A stretch of 64,000 nucleotides of DNA from Bacteroidota bacterium (GTDB lineage: Bacteria; Bacteroidota; Ignavibacteria; Kapaibacteriales; UBA2268). Position 1 is the stretch's first letter. Each line of letters starts with the position of its first letter. The position numbers and the translations under genes are program-made. The stretch spans positions 687 through 64,686 of the forward strand of contig JAKIZO010000005.1 in the NCBI GenBank assembly GCA_022707965.1. Reading direction: 5' to 3'. The notes under the pieces are model-generated. The model was not told the origin of the DNA and did no database searches. It saw only the letters and a program-made list of their open reading frames with translations. This document shows, in pieces, positions 42,654 to 52,787 of this stretch.

Positions 42654-43579
42654 GTGTTTTCAACAATAGGAAGAGTGAAGAAAAATGTTGTTCCTTCATT
42701 CTCCTTACTGTTAAAATACATAATTCCGCCGTGTTTTTCAACAAATTCTTTGCATAAAATAAGTCCAAGCCCCGAACCTGTTTCTTTTTCTGTTCCTTTT
42801 GTCGAAACTTGCGTGTCTAATCTGAATAATTTGTCTTTTATATCATCTGGAATACCAATCCCATTGTCCTCGACAGCGATTTCAACAAAATCTTCTTCTA
42901 CCTTGTTGATGAAAATCTTAACATATCCCCCACGGTGTGTGAACTTTATTCCGTTTGTTACAAGATTTCGAAATACTCCCGTTACCATATTTCTATCGCA
43001 AAAAACTGAAAAATCATCAGGGACATCTATCAAAAGTTTTATTTCTTTGTTAGTTGCAAGTTCTCTCAATGTGTAAAGAGAATTATTGATTATTTCTTTT
43101 AATGTAATTTTTTCTGGATTATAAGGTATTTTCCCAAGCTGCAATCGAGACCATTGCAATAAATCATCAAGTAATTTATATACAGAATTTGCCGATTTGT
43201 ATATCGCTTGCGACATTTTACGAAGTTCTCGCAAGGACAAATCTTCCAAATCCTTTGCCATCATATCCGTAAGACCCAAAAATCCACTAAATGGTCCTCG
43301 CAAATCATGTGAAATTATTGAAAAGAACTTATCCTTTGCTTTTATGGTTTCTTGTAGTTGATTTTGAGTATCTTGAAGCTCGTTTATTAGATTGTCTTTC
43401 TCTTGCAGTGTTTGCTCTATCTTTTGGTTCGATAGTCGTAATGCATCTAATAACGCTCTCTGCTCCTCTTCTGCTCTTTTTTTGTCGTCAATATCCTCTA
43501 TAAAACATAGAATTTCATCGTCTTTTAGTGGTACTGCCGAGATTCTTGACCAAAATATCTTTTCATTTGTGTCTTGCAT
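42650..43579 (-). CDS. Histidine kinase (short N-terminal region, HisKA-HATPase)
   Basis: FSIISHDLRGP, NLVTNGIKFT and GSGLGL. It overlaps the downstream gene by 4 nt. Confidence 0.85.
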   Translation of the reverse strand: MQDTNEKIFWSRISAVPLKDDEILCFIEDIDDKKRAEEEQRALLDALRLSNQKIEQTLQEKDNLINELQDTQNQLQETIKAKDKFFSIISHDLRGPFSGFLGLTDMMAKDLEDLSLRELRKMSQAIYKSANSVYKLLDDLLQWSRLQLGKIPYNPEKITLKEIINNSLYTLRELATNKEIKLLIDVPDDFSVFCDRNMVTGVFRNLVTNGIKFTHRGGYVKIFINKVEEDFVEIAVEDNGIGIPDDIKDKLFRLDTQVSTKGTEKETGSGLGLILCKEFVEKHGGIMYFNSKENEGTTFFFTLPIVENT

Positions 43580-43594
43580 AATTAATTCAATTGT

Positions 43595-45757
43595 TCAGCT
43601 TTCTTTAGTTAATTGAGAGATAGCATCTTTGAACAAATCTTGCCTCTGGAAAATATAATAGAATATATTTGTGTCTAAAAGATTTTCTTCTGTTGTTTTA
43701 AGTAATTCCTGAAATGCTCGGTTGCATCCACGAATTTTGCCATCTTTATCAATAGAAACAATCCCCATCGGTGCAGCTTGAATATATGTTTTGAACGTTT
43801 TGTAGCTTTGCTCCAGCAAATTCTGATTAATTTTCTTTTCTGTAATATCGAGCAAATTCAATAATACATATCCGCTATTTCCCGATTGAATATAAGAAGT
43901 TGTTGCCAAAAAAGTATACTTATTTATTTGTCCATTTTTCAAAAGCATTGCGTCGTGTTCGATACCGGTAACGCTTTGCCTGGTTTCGAGTGTTTTTTGT
44001 ATTGCTTTGTTTAATTTACATTCAGAGCAATCAGGTCCAAATCCACAGCCCAGATCTGATTCTGTTTCGTGAATGCAACCGAAGCAACCACAAGCTCTCT
44101 TACTTATCAGTTCTTCAAGCGGAATTCCCAGAAAGTCTGTTGTTGTTTTGTTAGCATATACAATTCTTGAACTTGTGTCCAGTAAACTAATAAGAACAGG
44201 AGAACTGTCATAAATTGCTTGTAGTTCTGTGTTTATTTTGTTGAGCTCTTTTATTAACTCTCTTTCGTAAGTCATATCGCGCTTAATCGCAACATAATTT
44301 ATGATTTTTCCTTTGTCATTTTTTACCGGAGTTATTGTTAAAAATTCTACATATTTTGAACCATCTTTACGCCTATTGATAATTTCTCCTTTCCAGGTTT
44401 TACCGTTTGCTATTGTTCTCCACATAGTTTTGTAGAATTCTTTGTTCTGTTCGCCAGAATTAACAAGGTCTCTTGGATTTTTTCCTATTGCTTCATTCAG
44501 CGAATAACCCGTCAGTTCAGAAAATGCCGGATTTACATATTGAATGTTGCCGCGCGTGTCCGTTATCACAACGCTTTCCGAAGTAGCATTAATAGCAGAA
44601 CTAAGAAGCAGTAGCTTCTCTTCTTGCAATCGCTTTTCTTTGTCTATGTCTATATGCGCGGCAATGATTTTAGTTGGGTTGCCCTTTTTATCCCATTCTG
44701 TTATTTTTCCGTTGCATTTCACCCACTTCCAACTTCCTTCTTTTGTCTTCATCCTATATTCGTGACTAAAAGTTCCGCTTTTATTTGATATGAGCTCTTG
44801 AATAGAATTTGCTACTCTTTCTCTGTCGTCTATGTGAATGTGCTCAATTATATTTTCAAAACTATTTTCGAATTCATCAGGGCTATATCCCAGCATTTTA
44901 TAAAATTTTTCATTAAAAGTAATTGTGTTGTTTGCAATGTCGAATTCCAGAATGCTATTTTCTATAATATCTGTTATTGTTTCCAGCTTTGTTAAATAAT
45001 TTTTCCGTGCGGTAATATCTCTTGCTATTCCAACAAAGCCAACGAGTTTATCGTTTTTCATCATAGGTCGGGAACTAACTTCGAACCAAATTAATTTGCC
45101 TTCTTTGTCTGTGTATGGTACTTCGAAAGTAGAGTTTTCGGTAATTCCTTTTTCCAACACATCTTTTCGTCTATCCATTAAAAAATTGAATAAATCGTTT
45201 CCTTCCCTAATATTTAATAGTTCGAATACACATTTGCCAATTAATTCTTTGCTAGGTATCCCAAAGATTTTCTCAAAAGCAGGCGAAACATATTTTATCA
45301 AATAATTTTCATCAACTTCCCATAGCACATCCCGAATGCTATCCATATACAAATCAAATCGCATCTTTTCCGTTAATATGGTTTCAGACTGCATCTTTTG
45401 GAATGTAATATCTCGGTTATCGGCTATTCTGCCGATATACTTGCCATCCTCAAAAATTGGTTTGCATATATGCGCTATTGTTTTGATTTTTCCGCTTTTT
45501 GTAACAATTCTGAATTCTAATTCGTATGTTTCTGAATTCTCGGTGTAAGCTATTTTTTTATGTTCACAATACTTTTCTTTATCCTCATCATACACTATAT
45601 CTATTAAAAAATTCTCATTTGCAGATATTTCCTCTAATGTATATTCAGTAAATTGCTCGACAGATTTTGAGTGAAACATTGCCTTTCCTTCCGTGTCCAC
45701 CCAATAAATCCAGTCAGCAATATGGTCTGCAATTAGTTTTAATGATTTTTCTTTCAT
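43595..45757 (-). CDS. Multi-PAS protein without a kinase domain, containing a Cys-rich insert
   Basis: It has 5-6 PAS-like segments (NRDITFQK, ARDITARK, KRDMTYER, LLDITEKK) and a six-Cys cluster, ACGCFGCIHETESDLGCGFGPDCSEC. Confidence 0.7.
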   Translation of the reverse strand: MKEKSLKLIADHIADWIYWVDTEGKAMFHSKSVEQFTEYTLEEISANENFLIDIVYDEDKEKYCEHKKIAYTENSETYELEFRIVTKSGKIKTIAHICKPIFEDGKYIGRIADNRDITFQKMQSETILTEKMRFDLYMDSIRDVLWEVDENYLIKYVSPAFEKIFGIPSKELIGKCVFELLNIREGNDLFNFLMDRRKDVLEKGITENSTFEVPYTDKEGKLIWFEVSSRPMMKNDKLVGFVGIARDITARKNYLTKLETITDIIENSILEFDIANNTITFNEKFYKMLGYSPDEFENSFENIIEHIHIDDRERVANSIQELISNKSGTFSHEYRMKTKEGSWKWVKCNGKITEWDKKGNPTKIIAAHIDIDKEKRLQEEKLLLLSSAINATSESVVITDTRGNIQYVNPAFSELTGYSLNEAIGKNPRDLVNSGEQNKEFYKTMWRTIANGKTWKGEIINRRKDGSKYVEFLTITPVKNDKGKIINYVAIKRDMTYERELIKELNKINTELQAIYDSSPVLISLLDTSSRIVYANKTTTDFLGIPLEELISKRACGCFGCIHETESDLGCGFGPDCSECKLNKAIQKTLETRQSVTGIEHDAMLLKNGQINKYTFLATTSYIQSGNSGYVLLNLLDITEKKINQNLLEQSYKTFKTYIQAAPMGIVSIDKDGKIRGCNRAFQELLKTTEENLLDTNIFYYIFQRQDLFKDAISQLTKES

Positions 45758-46019
45758 AATTTTTTGTCATAAATATTTCAGTACTAAAGATGTTTCTTTA
45801 TTGACTTTGTTATTATCACTATATTGTATGAAATTTAATCAAAAATAATGTTCTTAGTATTAAGTAAAAATACTGATTTTTGAATTTCTAAAAAATTAAC
45901 AAATAATAATTAAGTTGTTTTGATTATACATTATTTACACAATTTTTCTATAATTACTTGATTTTTAGAAATATAAATATTAATTTATGAGCTTCATTCG
46001 CAATTATGTAGGAAGCACA

Positions 46020-48113
46020 ATGAATAAATCAAATAAAACTCAAACAAATACAATAGACTTTTACGCTCCGCAATATTATTTAAATCGCGAGCTTAGCCTA
46101 ATTGAATTTAACCGCAAAGTCTTGCTCGAAGCCACCGGCAACCAGCACCCACTGCTCGAACGTCTCAAATTTGTCTGCATTTTTAGCTCGAACTTGGACG
46201 AATTTTTTATGATACGCGTCGCAGGTCTTAAAAGCCAGATTGCGGAAGGCGTTATTGAATACTCTTATGATGGCAAAACTCCTCGCGAGCAACTCACTGA
46301 AATCCGCAACGCTTTGCTGCCGCTTTACCAAATGCAGGAAAAATTGCTTATCGAAGAAATCTTGCCCGAACTTCGCAAATACGGTGTTGTCCTGCACCGC
46401 TTCGACGAACTTGATGAAAAAGACAAATCTTACCTCGAAAAATATTTCCGCGAAAATATTATGCCGGTGCTTACTCCGCTTACTTTGGGTCCCGCAAATC
46501 CGTTCCCGCGCCTTATTAACCGTAGCCTGAATATTGCTTTCGCTTTTCAAGATAATCTCTCTGATGATGAGGAACGCCGTATCGGATTTTTGCAAATTCC
46601 AACTGTTGTCCCAAGATTTATTCCACTCAATGGCAAACGCAAGCATAACTATATTCTTGTCGAGCAGGTTATTCGTGCTTTTGCTGAGCAACTTTATCCC
46701 GGTATGACTATCCATTCGTCGAACACTTTCCGCGTTACTCGCGATGCAGATATTGAAATTGCCGAAGACGAAGCCGAAGACTTGCTCTCGGAAATTGCCG
46801 AACAGGTGAAACAACGCCGCTGGGGTGGTGCCGCTGTCCGTCTCGAAGTTAATTCCAATATGCCCGACTTCGTTGCCAATATTCTTATGAAATCGCTCGA
46901 TTTAGAACCAACTGATGTCTATACTCTGAACCGCCCGCTCAATCTCCCTGATTTTATGGAACTGCTCAAACTCGAACTCAAAGACATCAAAGACAAGCCT
47001 TTTTCCACTCGCGACCTGCCTCAATTCAAGCAGGATGGTCCTGGCGTGTTCGAAGCTATTCGCCAATCCGACCTGCTTGTGCATCATCCATATGATTCTT
47101 TTACAAATAGCACTTTGCGACTATTAAATCAAGCTGCCGACGATCCCGACGTCCTTGCCATCAAGATTACTCTCTACCGTACTGGACGGCATTCTGCTAT
47201 CGTCGAGGCTCTTAAACGTGCCGCCGAAAATGGGAAATACGTTACTGCTTTCGTCGAGCTCAAAGCTCGTTTCGACGAGGAGTCTAACATAATCTGGGCT
47301 AAGGAACTCGAAAATGTCGGTGTTCACGTTGTCTATGGCGTTCCTGGACTGAAAACCCACTGCAAAATCGCTCTTATCGTTCGCCGCGAAGGCGGTAAAT
47401 TGAAAAAATACCTGCATCTTTCCACTGGCAACTACAACCAGGTTACCACTCGCATCTATACAGACATTGCTATGTTCACCTCGAACGATGAATTCGGCGA
47501 CGACGCTGTCGATTTGTTCAACTACCTGACGGGATATTCCCATTACAATAATTGGAAGCACTTCTCTGTTGCTCCGATCAACTTGCATAATAAATTGATT
47601 TCTCTTATTCGCCGCGAAGCAGAACTTCATTCGCCTGATAATCCAGGACTAATTATCGCAAAACTCAATCAAATTGCCCAAAAAGAAGTAATCGCAGAAC
47701 TTTACAAAGCTTCTTGCAAAGGTGTCAGAATTCAACTTATCTGCCGTGGTGTTTGTTGTCTGAAACCAGGTGTGCCGAATGTTAGCGAAAATATTGAGGT
47801 TCGCTCTATTCTTGGGCGTTTCCTGGAGCATAGCCGTGTCTTCTACTTCAAAAATGGCGGCAATGAAGAAGTTTACCTTTCAAGTGCAGACTGGATGACA
47901 CGCAATTTGCACCGCAGAGTGGAAATTATGTTCCCCATTTACCAAAACAACTTGAAAAAACAACTTATCGAACTTCTTCATCTTTACTGGAAGGACAACA
48001 CTAAATCCTGGCGATTGCTCCCCGATGGCTCCTACGAAAAAAATTCTCCATCGAAGGGTGCAAAACCATTTTCTGTGCAAGAATATTTATTGAGAAACAA
48101 TAAAAATAATTAA
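46020..48113 (+). CDS. ppk: Polyphosphate kinase 1
   Basis: YLNRELSLIEFNRKVLLEA...NLDEFFMIRV, and HCK / two PLD-like HKD regions (LKTHCKIALIV, SADWMTRNLHRRVE). ATG 46020 has AGGAAG 6 nt upstream. ATG 45987 is the alternative start. Confidence 0.93.
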   Translation: MNKSNKTQTNTIDFYAPQYYLNRELSLIEFNRKVLLEATGNQHPLLERLKFVCIFSSNLDEFFMIRVAGLKSQIAEGVIEYSYDGKTPREQLTEIRNALLPLYQMQEKLLIEEILPELRKYGVVLHRFDELDEKDKSYLEKYFRENIMPVLTPLTLGPANPFPRLINRSLNIAFAFQDNLSDDEERRIGFLQIPTVVPRFIPLNGKRKHNYILVEQVIRAFAEQLYPGMTIHSSNTFRVTRDADIEIAEDEAEDLLSEIAEQVKQRRWGGAAVRLEVNSNMPDFVANILMKSLDLEPTDVYTLNRPLNLPDFMELLKLELKDIKDKPFSTRDLPQFKQDGPGVFEAIRQSDLLVHHPYDSFTNSTLRLLNQAADDPDVLAIKITLYRTGRHSAIVEALKRAAENGKYVTAFVELKARFDEESNIIWAKELENVGVHVVYGVPGLKTHCKIALIVRREGGKLKKYLHLSTGNYNQVTTRIYTDIAMFTSNDEFGDDAVDLFNYLTGYSHYNNWKHFSVAPINLHNKLISLIRREAELHSPDNPGLIIAKLNQIAQKEVIAELYKASCKGVRIQLICRGVCCLKPGVPNVSENIEVRSILGRFLEHSRVFYFKNGGNEEVYLSSADWMTRNLHRRVEIMFPIYQNNLKKQLIELLHLYWKDNTKSWRLLPDGSYEKNSPSKGAKPFSVQEYLLRNNKNN

Positions 48114-48204
48114 CTTTTTTATTGTTAAATTCGTCATAAATTTGAATTTATCATTAATTTGTGATAAATTAAATTCTATTATTTTCAATTTTTTTGTGCA
48201 ATGT

Positions 48205-49494
48205 ATGAAGAAATTTTTGCTGTTGATATTCACCCTTTTTGTTAGTTCGCAATTTGCTCATAGCCAGCTGACACGTGGCGAGACAATGGACAAGGTGCTT
48301 GCTGTTGTCGGAAATGAAGTGATTTTGCTTAGCGACGTTCGCGGGCAGATTTTGATGATGGCTCAGCAAGACCCTCGAGTTAATCCCGAAGACCCACAAC
48401 TTTTTCAGGAACTACTGGACGCTCTGATAAACGAAAAATTGCTTATCACAAAGGCAATCGAGGATTCCATCGTTGTTTCCGACGAGCAAATCGAAGCCCG
48501 CTGGCAAGCTTTTCTGCAAACTTTAATTCAGCAGTTTGGTTCAGAAGAAAGAGTTGAGCAAGTTTATAAGAAATCTATCAATAGAATTAAATTTGAACTT
48601 CGCGACGATATCCGCAATAAATTGCTTTCCGCTAACCTTGTTCAGCAACTTATTGGAAATGTGTCCATCACACCGAAAGAAGTCGAAGAATTCTACAATT
48701 TCTACCGCGATTCTATTCCCAAAGTGCCCGAAACTTACGAAATCTATCACCTTGTAAAATACGTTGAAGTCCAGCAGGACGAAAAGAAACGCGCTTTCGA
48801 ACTTGCCCGAAGTGTAAGGGATTCTATCCTTCGCGGCGGTGATTTCGAAAGCTTCGCCGCTCGGTATAGTCAGGATTTCGCTACTTCCTCGAAAGGGGGC
48901 GACCTCGGCTGGGTTTCTCGTGGCAAGTTCTTCCCCGAATTCGAAAATGCTGCTTTTTCGCTCGAACCAGGCGATATTTCGCGCCCCGTCGAAACACCAT
49001 TCGGCTTCCACTTAATTCAGGTTGTTGAGAAAAAGAAAGATGCAATCCGCGCCCGCCATATCCTTTTCAAAATATCACAATCCACCGACGATTATGAACG
49101 CACTCGTGCTTTTCTGGATTCGCTTCGATTGGTCGCTATCGAACGCAACAATTTCACTGAGCTTGCCCGCCTTCACTCCGACGACAAAGAAACTCGTGGC
49201 TTCGGTGGGCTCATCGGCAGACTGCCTATGAGCGAACTTCCATCTAACTTCCGCGACCAAATCAAACAACTTAAAGATGGTGGCATCTCCGAACCACTTT
49301 CTTATAATGTTGTTCAGAATAAGCCCGCTTCCCACATCATCTACAAAAAAGCAACTATTCCCGAGCATTATGCTACTCTCGAACAAGACTATGAGTATAT
49401 CAGCAATATTGCACTTGACCACAAAAGAATGAAAATTTATAATGATTATATTCAAAAATTGAGAAAAGAAATTTATTGGGAAGTAAAAAAATAA
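48205..49494 (+). CDS. Periplasmic parvulin-type peptidyl-prolyl isomerase (SurA/PpiD-like)
   Basis: Signal peptide MKKFLLLIFTLFVSSQFAHS. The parvulin core is GGDLGW...F.PEFE.AAFSL.PG.IS.PVET.FG.H.I. Confidence 0.85.
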   Translation: MKKFLLLIFTLFVSSQFAHSQLTRGETMDKVLAVVGNEVILLSDVRGQILMMAQQDPRVNPEDPQLFQELLDALINEKLLITKAIEDSIVVSDEQIEARWQAFLQTLIQQFGSEERVEQVYKKSINRIKFELRDDIRNKLLSANLVQQLIGNVSITPKEVEEFYNFYRDSIPKVPETYEIYHLVKYVEVQQDEKKRAFELARSVRDSILRGGDFESFAARYSQDFATSSKGGDLGWVSRGKFFPEFENAAFSLEPGDISRPVETPFGFHLIQVVEKKKDAIRARHILFKISQSTDDYERTRAFLDSLRLVAIERNNFTELARLHSDDKETRGFGGLIGRLPMSELPSNFRDQIKQLKDGGISEPLSYNVVQNKPASHIIYKKATIPEHYATLEQDYEYISNIALDHKRMKIYNDYIQKLRKEIYWEVKK

Positions 49495-49504
49495 AAGGCT
49501 TCTT

Positions 49505-49882
49505 ATGGATAATAGCAAAAAAATATTAATCGTTGATGATTCCATTGTTGCTCGAATGTCACTTCGGAAAATCCTATCAAAAAAATTTTCGAATATCAGA
49601 GAAGTAAGCAGTGGAACAGAAGCCATCGAATTGCTTAAAACTGAGCAATTCGACTGCCTGCTTATCGATTACCTGATGCCTGGCATAAATGGAATTACTA
49701 CAATCAAAATTTTGCGTGAAATGGGCATCAATTCCCCTATTATTGTCATTTCTGCCAACCAACAGAAATCTATCGTAGACAAATTCAACGAACTCGGGGT
49801 TGTTGCCATTTTGAAAAAGCAAGTTTCAGAACAGGATTTGTTCGATGCTGTCGAAAAAGCACTTCCATCTTACGGAGGTTAG
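49505..49882 (+). CDS. Stand-alone CheY-like response regulator receiver
   Basis: ILIVDDS...DCLLIDYLMPGING...ISAN...K; 125 aa with no output domain. Confidence 0.88.
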   Translation: MDNSKKILIVDDSIVARMSLRKILSKKFSNIREVSSGTEAIELLKTEQFDCLLIDYLMPGINGITTIKILREMGINSPIIVISANQQKSIVDKFNELGVVAILKKQVSEQDLFDAVEKALPSYGG

Positions 49883-49884
49883 TT

Positions 49885-50499
49885 ATGAGCTACGAACTTA
49901 CTCAAATCCAGCAAGAAGCTATTCTCGAACTTCTCAATATTGGAGTGAACGAGAGCACTAATATTCTCAGCGAAATTCTCAACGTAGAAATTGATCTTGC
50001 TATTCCACAAATTCGTATTATCACCTCCGACCGTCTTATCGATGAGCTTAAAGATTTGGGAAAGGAAGATTATTCAGCTGTGAATATGGAATTTCACAAT
50101 AGCTTCTCCGGTATTTCTCAGATTGTCTTTTCGCAGGACAGCGCTAACAAATTGGTTGATGTATTCTCACGTCAGGTGCTCGACACTTACGAATTCGACG
50201 AAATCAAAGCCGGTGCGCTGGTCGAAATCGGCAATATTATTCTCAACGCTATTCTTGCTACTTTCAGCAATTCGCTCAATCACGAGTTCGAATTCTATGT
50301 GCCCGTCTTTTTCGAGAACTACAAAAAAGATTTTTTCGAACAACGCCTGAAATTTATCGACGAGGTAGTTCTTCTTGGCAAAGCAATATTTCGCATCGAA
50401 GAACTTAATATTTCCGGCGATATTATTCTTTTCTTCAATATCAAGTCCTTCCAATACTTCGTAAGTATTATTGACCTGTATATTAATAAAATTAGTTAA
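49885..50499 (+). CDS. CheC/CheX-family phosphatase-like protein
   Basis: LTQIQQEAILELLNIGVNESTNILSEILN..I.L.IP...I resembles the CheC N-terminal consensus; a second half-repeat contains EIGNIILNA. Confidence 0.65.
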   Translation: MSYELTQIQQEAILELLNIGVNESTNILSEILNVEIDLAIPQIRIITSDRLIDELKDLGKEDYSAVNMEFHNSFSGISQIVFSQDSANKLVDVFSRQVLDTYEFDEIKAGALVEIGNIILNAILATFSNSLNHEFEFYVPVFFENYKKDFFEQRLKFIDEVVLLGKAIFRIEELNISGDIILFFNIKSFQYFVSIIDLYINKIS

Positions 50500-50517
50500 A
50501 AATTAATCTATTTCGCT

Positions 50518-51708
50518 ATGTTAAAAGATATTTATTACGAAAATCCATTTATTACTTACGACCATATCCCAATTGGTATTTGCATAATCAATAGTAATTT
50601 CAATATTATTTTCTGGAATAGAACCCTTGAAGCCTGGACTAATATTCAACGCGAAGAAGTTGCGTTTAAGAATATATTTGAATTATTTCCTCATTTGCAG
50701 TCGCCCAAATACAAAGCAAGATTGAAATTAATGTTCGACGGGCGTCCTCCGATGGTGCTTTCTCCGACGCTTAATGAATACTTTATTCCAATCAAAGATG
50801 CCGAAGGCAAATACCAGGCTCAAACTGTTACTCTGTCGTCTATCCCAACCAATGAAACTGGTTCATACAACGTAATCATTGCCGTCGAAAATGTTGCTAC
50901 CCTGTTCAATAAGGTTCAGCAATATAGAATGATTAAAAATCAAGCAATTGATGAATTAAATCGCCGCATCGAAGCAGAAGAAAAATCAAAAGAATACGCA
51001 AAAAAATTAGAACAACTCAATTCCACAAAAGACAAGTTCTTTTCCATTATTGCTCACGATTTGATAAATCCTATCTCAGCCCAATATAAGCTTGTAAAAA
51101 TTCTTAAAGACAATATCGAACAATTTAGCAAAGAAGACATTATCGATATTATTGCTGAAATTGAAAATTCAGCTTCCCAAACTTATAAGCTTCTCGAAAA
51201 TCTTCTCACATGGTCTCGCTCGCAACTGAATAGAATAACTGTTAATATTGAGAAGCATAATCTTACTAAAATAATAGAAATGGCTGCAAGTGATGTTTCC
51301 TCGCAAATTTCGTTGAAGAAAATTTCCTTCGAAATAAACGAAAACTGCAATTCAACTGTTTGCTGTGATAGTAATTTGCTGGCAACTGTTATCCGAAACC
51401 TACTTTCGAACGCAGTTAAATTTACAAATTATGGCGGTAAAATTTCAGTTAGCTGCCGTATTGATGATGATTTCACTTATATTTTCATCGAGGATAACGG
51501 CGTTGGAATGGACGAGGAAACTTTAAGTAACTTATTTAATTTAGATAAAACGCAATCGAAGCTCGGAACTAATAAAGAAGTCGGAACGGGGCTCGGACTT
51601 GTTATCTGCAAAGAATTTGTTGAAAAAATGAATGGTGAAATCTCAGCCGAAAGCAAACTTGGCGAGGGCAGCAAATTTACAATTAAATTGCCGAACTGCC
51701 CTAATTAA
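50518..51708 (+). CDS. PAS sensor histidine kinase
   Basis: An N-terminal PAS-like region, then FSIIAHDLINP, NLLSNAVKFT and GTGLGL. Confidence 0.88.
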   Translation: MLKDIYYENPFITYDHIPIGICIINSNFNIIFWNRTLEAWTNIQREEVAFKNIFELFPHLQSPKYKARLKLMFDGRPPMVLSPTLNEYFIPIKDAEGKYQAQTVTLSSIPTNETGSYNVIIAVENVATLFNKVQQYRMIKNQAIDELNRRIEAEEKSKEYAKKLEQLNSTKDKFFSIIAHDLINPISAQYKLVKILKDNIEQFSKEDIIDIIAEIENSASQTYKLLENLLTWSRSQLNRITVNIEKHNLTKIIEMAASDVSSQISLKKISFEINENCNSTVCCDSNLLATVIRNLLSNAVKFTNYGGKISVSCRIDDDFTYIFIEDNGVGMDEETLSNLFNLDKTQSKLGTNKEVGTGLGLVICKEFVEKMNGEISAESKLGEGSKFTIKLPNCPN

Positions 51709-52787
51709 TAAACGAAATCGCCATTTCTGAACAATTCAAGAATTTGCCGAAAGTCCTCAGGAAGCGGACTGTCGAAGCGCATAAATTGCTTCAAAGCGGG
51801 GTGATAAAATCCCAGCGTTTTTGCGTGCAAAATTTGCCGCTCGTTTGCTATTTTCAAACATTTTTCCGCTATGGAACGAAATTTTGGGTTTTCCCCACCG
51901 ACTACAATTGAAGTTCCGCCGTATGTAGGGTCGCCGAAAATTGGATGCCCAATGTAGTGCGAATGCACTCGAATTTGGTGCGTGCGTCCCGTGTGCAATT
52001 GAAAGCGTGCAAGCGAAACGTATTTATAGTTTTCAAGCACTTCGTAGTCAGTTTTGGCGTATTTACCACCTTTCGGCAAAATTGTAAAAAGCTTACGGTT
52101 TTTTGGAGAGCGCCCGATATTCCCAATAATTGTGCCTTTCTCTTGCTTCGGGCTGCCCCAGATAATTGCCTGATATTCGCGTTCGGTTGTTTTTTCGGCA
52201 AATTGCCGCGATAATTCAGCGTGAATTATCGCATTTTTAGCAACAACAAGCAGTCCCGAAGTGTCTTTGTCTATTCTATGCACCAATCCCGGACGTACTG
52301 CGTCGCTTGCAAAAATTTGCTCGTCTGTGAGTTCGTCGTCGTTTTCAATTTCCTCGTCTTCATCGTCAAGTTCAAGTTTTATTGCGTCTCGCAATCCAAA
52401 ATGATAAAGCAAAGCATTGATAAGCGTTCCGCTTCTGTGCCCAATCGACGGGTGAACAACCAGCCCGCGTTGCTTATTGACCACTACAAGATGCTCATCT
52501 TCATAGACTATTTCAATCGGTATCGGCTCGGGAATAAGCTCAATAGGCGGCAATTTCAGAATAACGCATTCGACTTCGTCCCCAGGCTGGATTTTTCGAC
52601 TTGCTTTGACAGGCTTGCCGTTAATACGAACGCATTCTGCATCTATGGCTTTCTGAACACGGTTGCGGGTTGCCCCGGCAATTGCCCGCGTCAAGAATAC
52701 ATCAACGCGTTCGGGCTTCTGACCCGATGTGATATTGAATTTATAAACGGTTTCAATTTTGTCGGGATAATTATTGTTCGCCTGCAT
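51705..52787 (-). CDS. rluD: RluA/RluD-family 23S rRNA pseudouridine synthase
   Basis: S4 domain (RVDVFL...SR..VQK.I....V.ING) and the catalytic HRIDKDTSGLLVVAK. An acidic insert is present. Confidence 0.9.
   Translation of the reverse strand: MQANNNYPDKIETVYKFNITSGQKPERVDVFLTRAIAGATRNRVQKAIDAECVRINGKPVKASRKIQPGDEVECVILKLPPIELIPEPIPIEIVYEDEHLVVVNKQRGLVVHPSIGHRSGTLINALLYHFGLRDAIKLELDDEDEEIENDDELTDEQIFASDAVRPGLVHRIDKDTSGLLVVAKNAIIHAELSRQFAEKTTEREYQAIIWGSPKQEKGTIIGNIGRSPKNRKLFTILPKGGKYAKTDYEVLENYKYVSLARFQLHTGRTHQIRVHSHYIGHPIFGDPTYGGTSIVVGGENPKFRSIAEKCLKIANERQILHAKTLGFYHPALKQFMRFDSPLPEDFRQILELFRNGDFVY

Noticed and set aside
46098-46814. 238-aa ORF antisense to ppk1
   Set aside because: It lies entirely inside a well-supported ppk1 coding region and has no domain signature or plausible RBS.
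48096-48126. AT-only hairpin after ppk1 (AACAATAAAAA...TTTTTATTGTT)
   Set aside because: The stem is entirely A/T and of low predicted stability, so it is not reported as a terminator.
49075-49626. 183-aa ORF antisense to the PPIase / response-regulator junction
   Set aside because: It spans two supported genes on the opposite strand and has no motifs.
51705-51708. Convergent 4-nt overlap of the HK and rluD stop codons (TTAA)
   Set aside because: This is trivial stop-codon sharing between convergent genes. No hairpin or other signal was seen.
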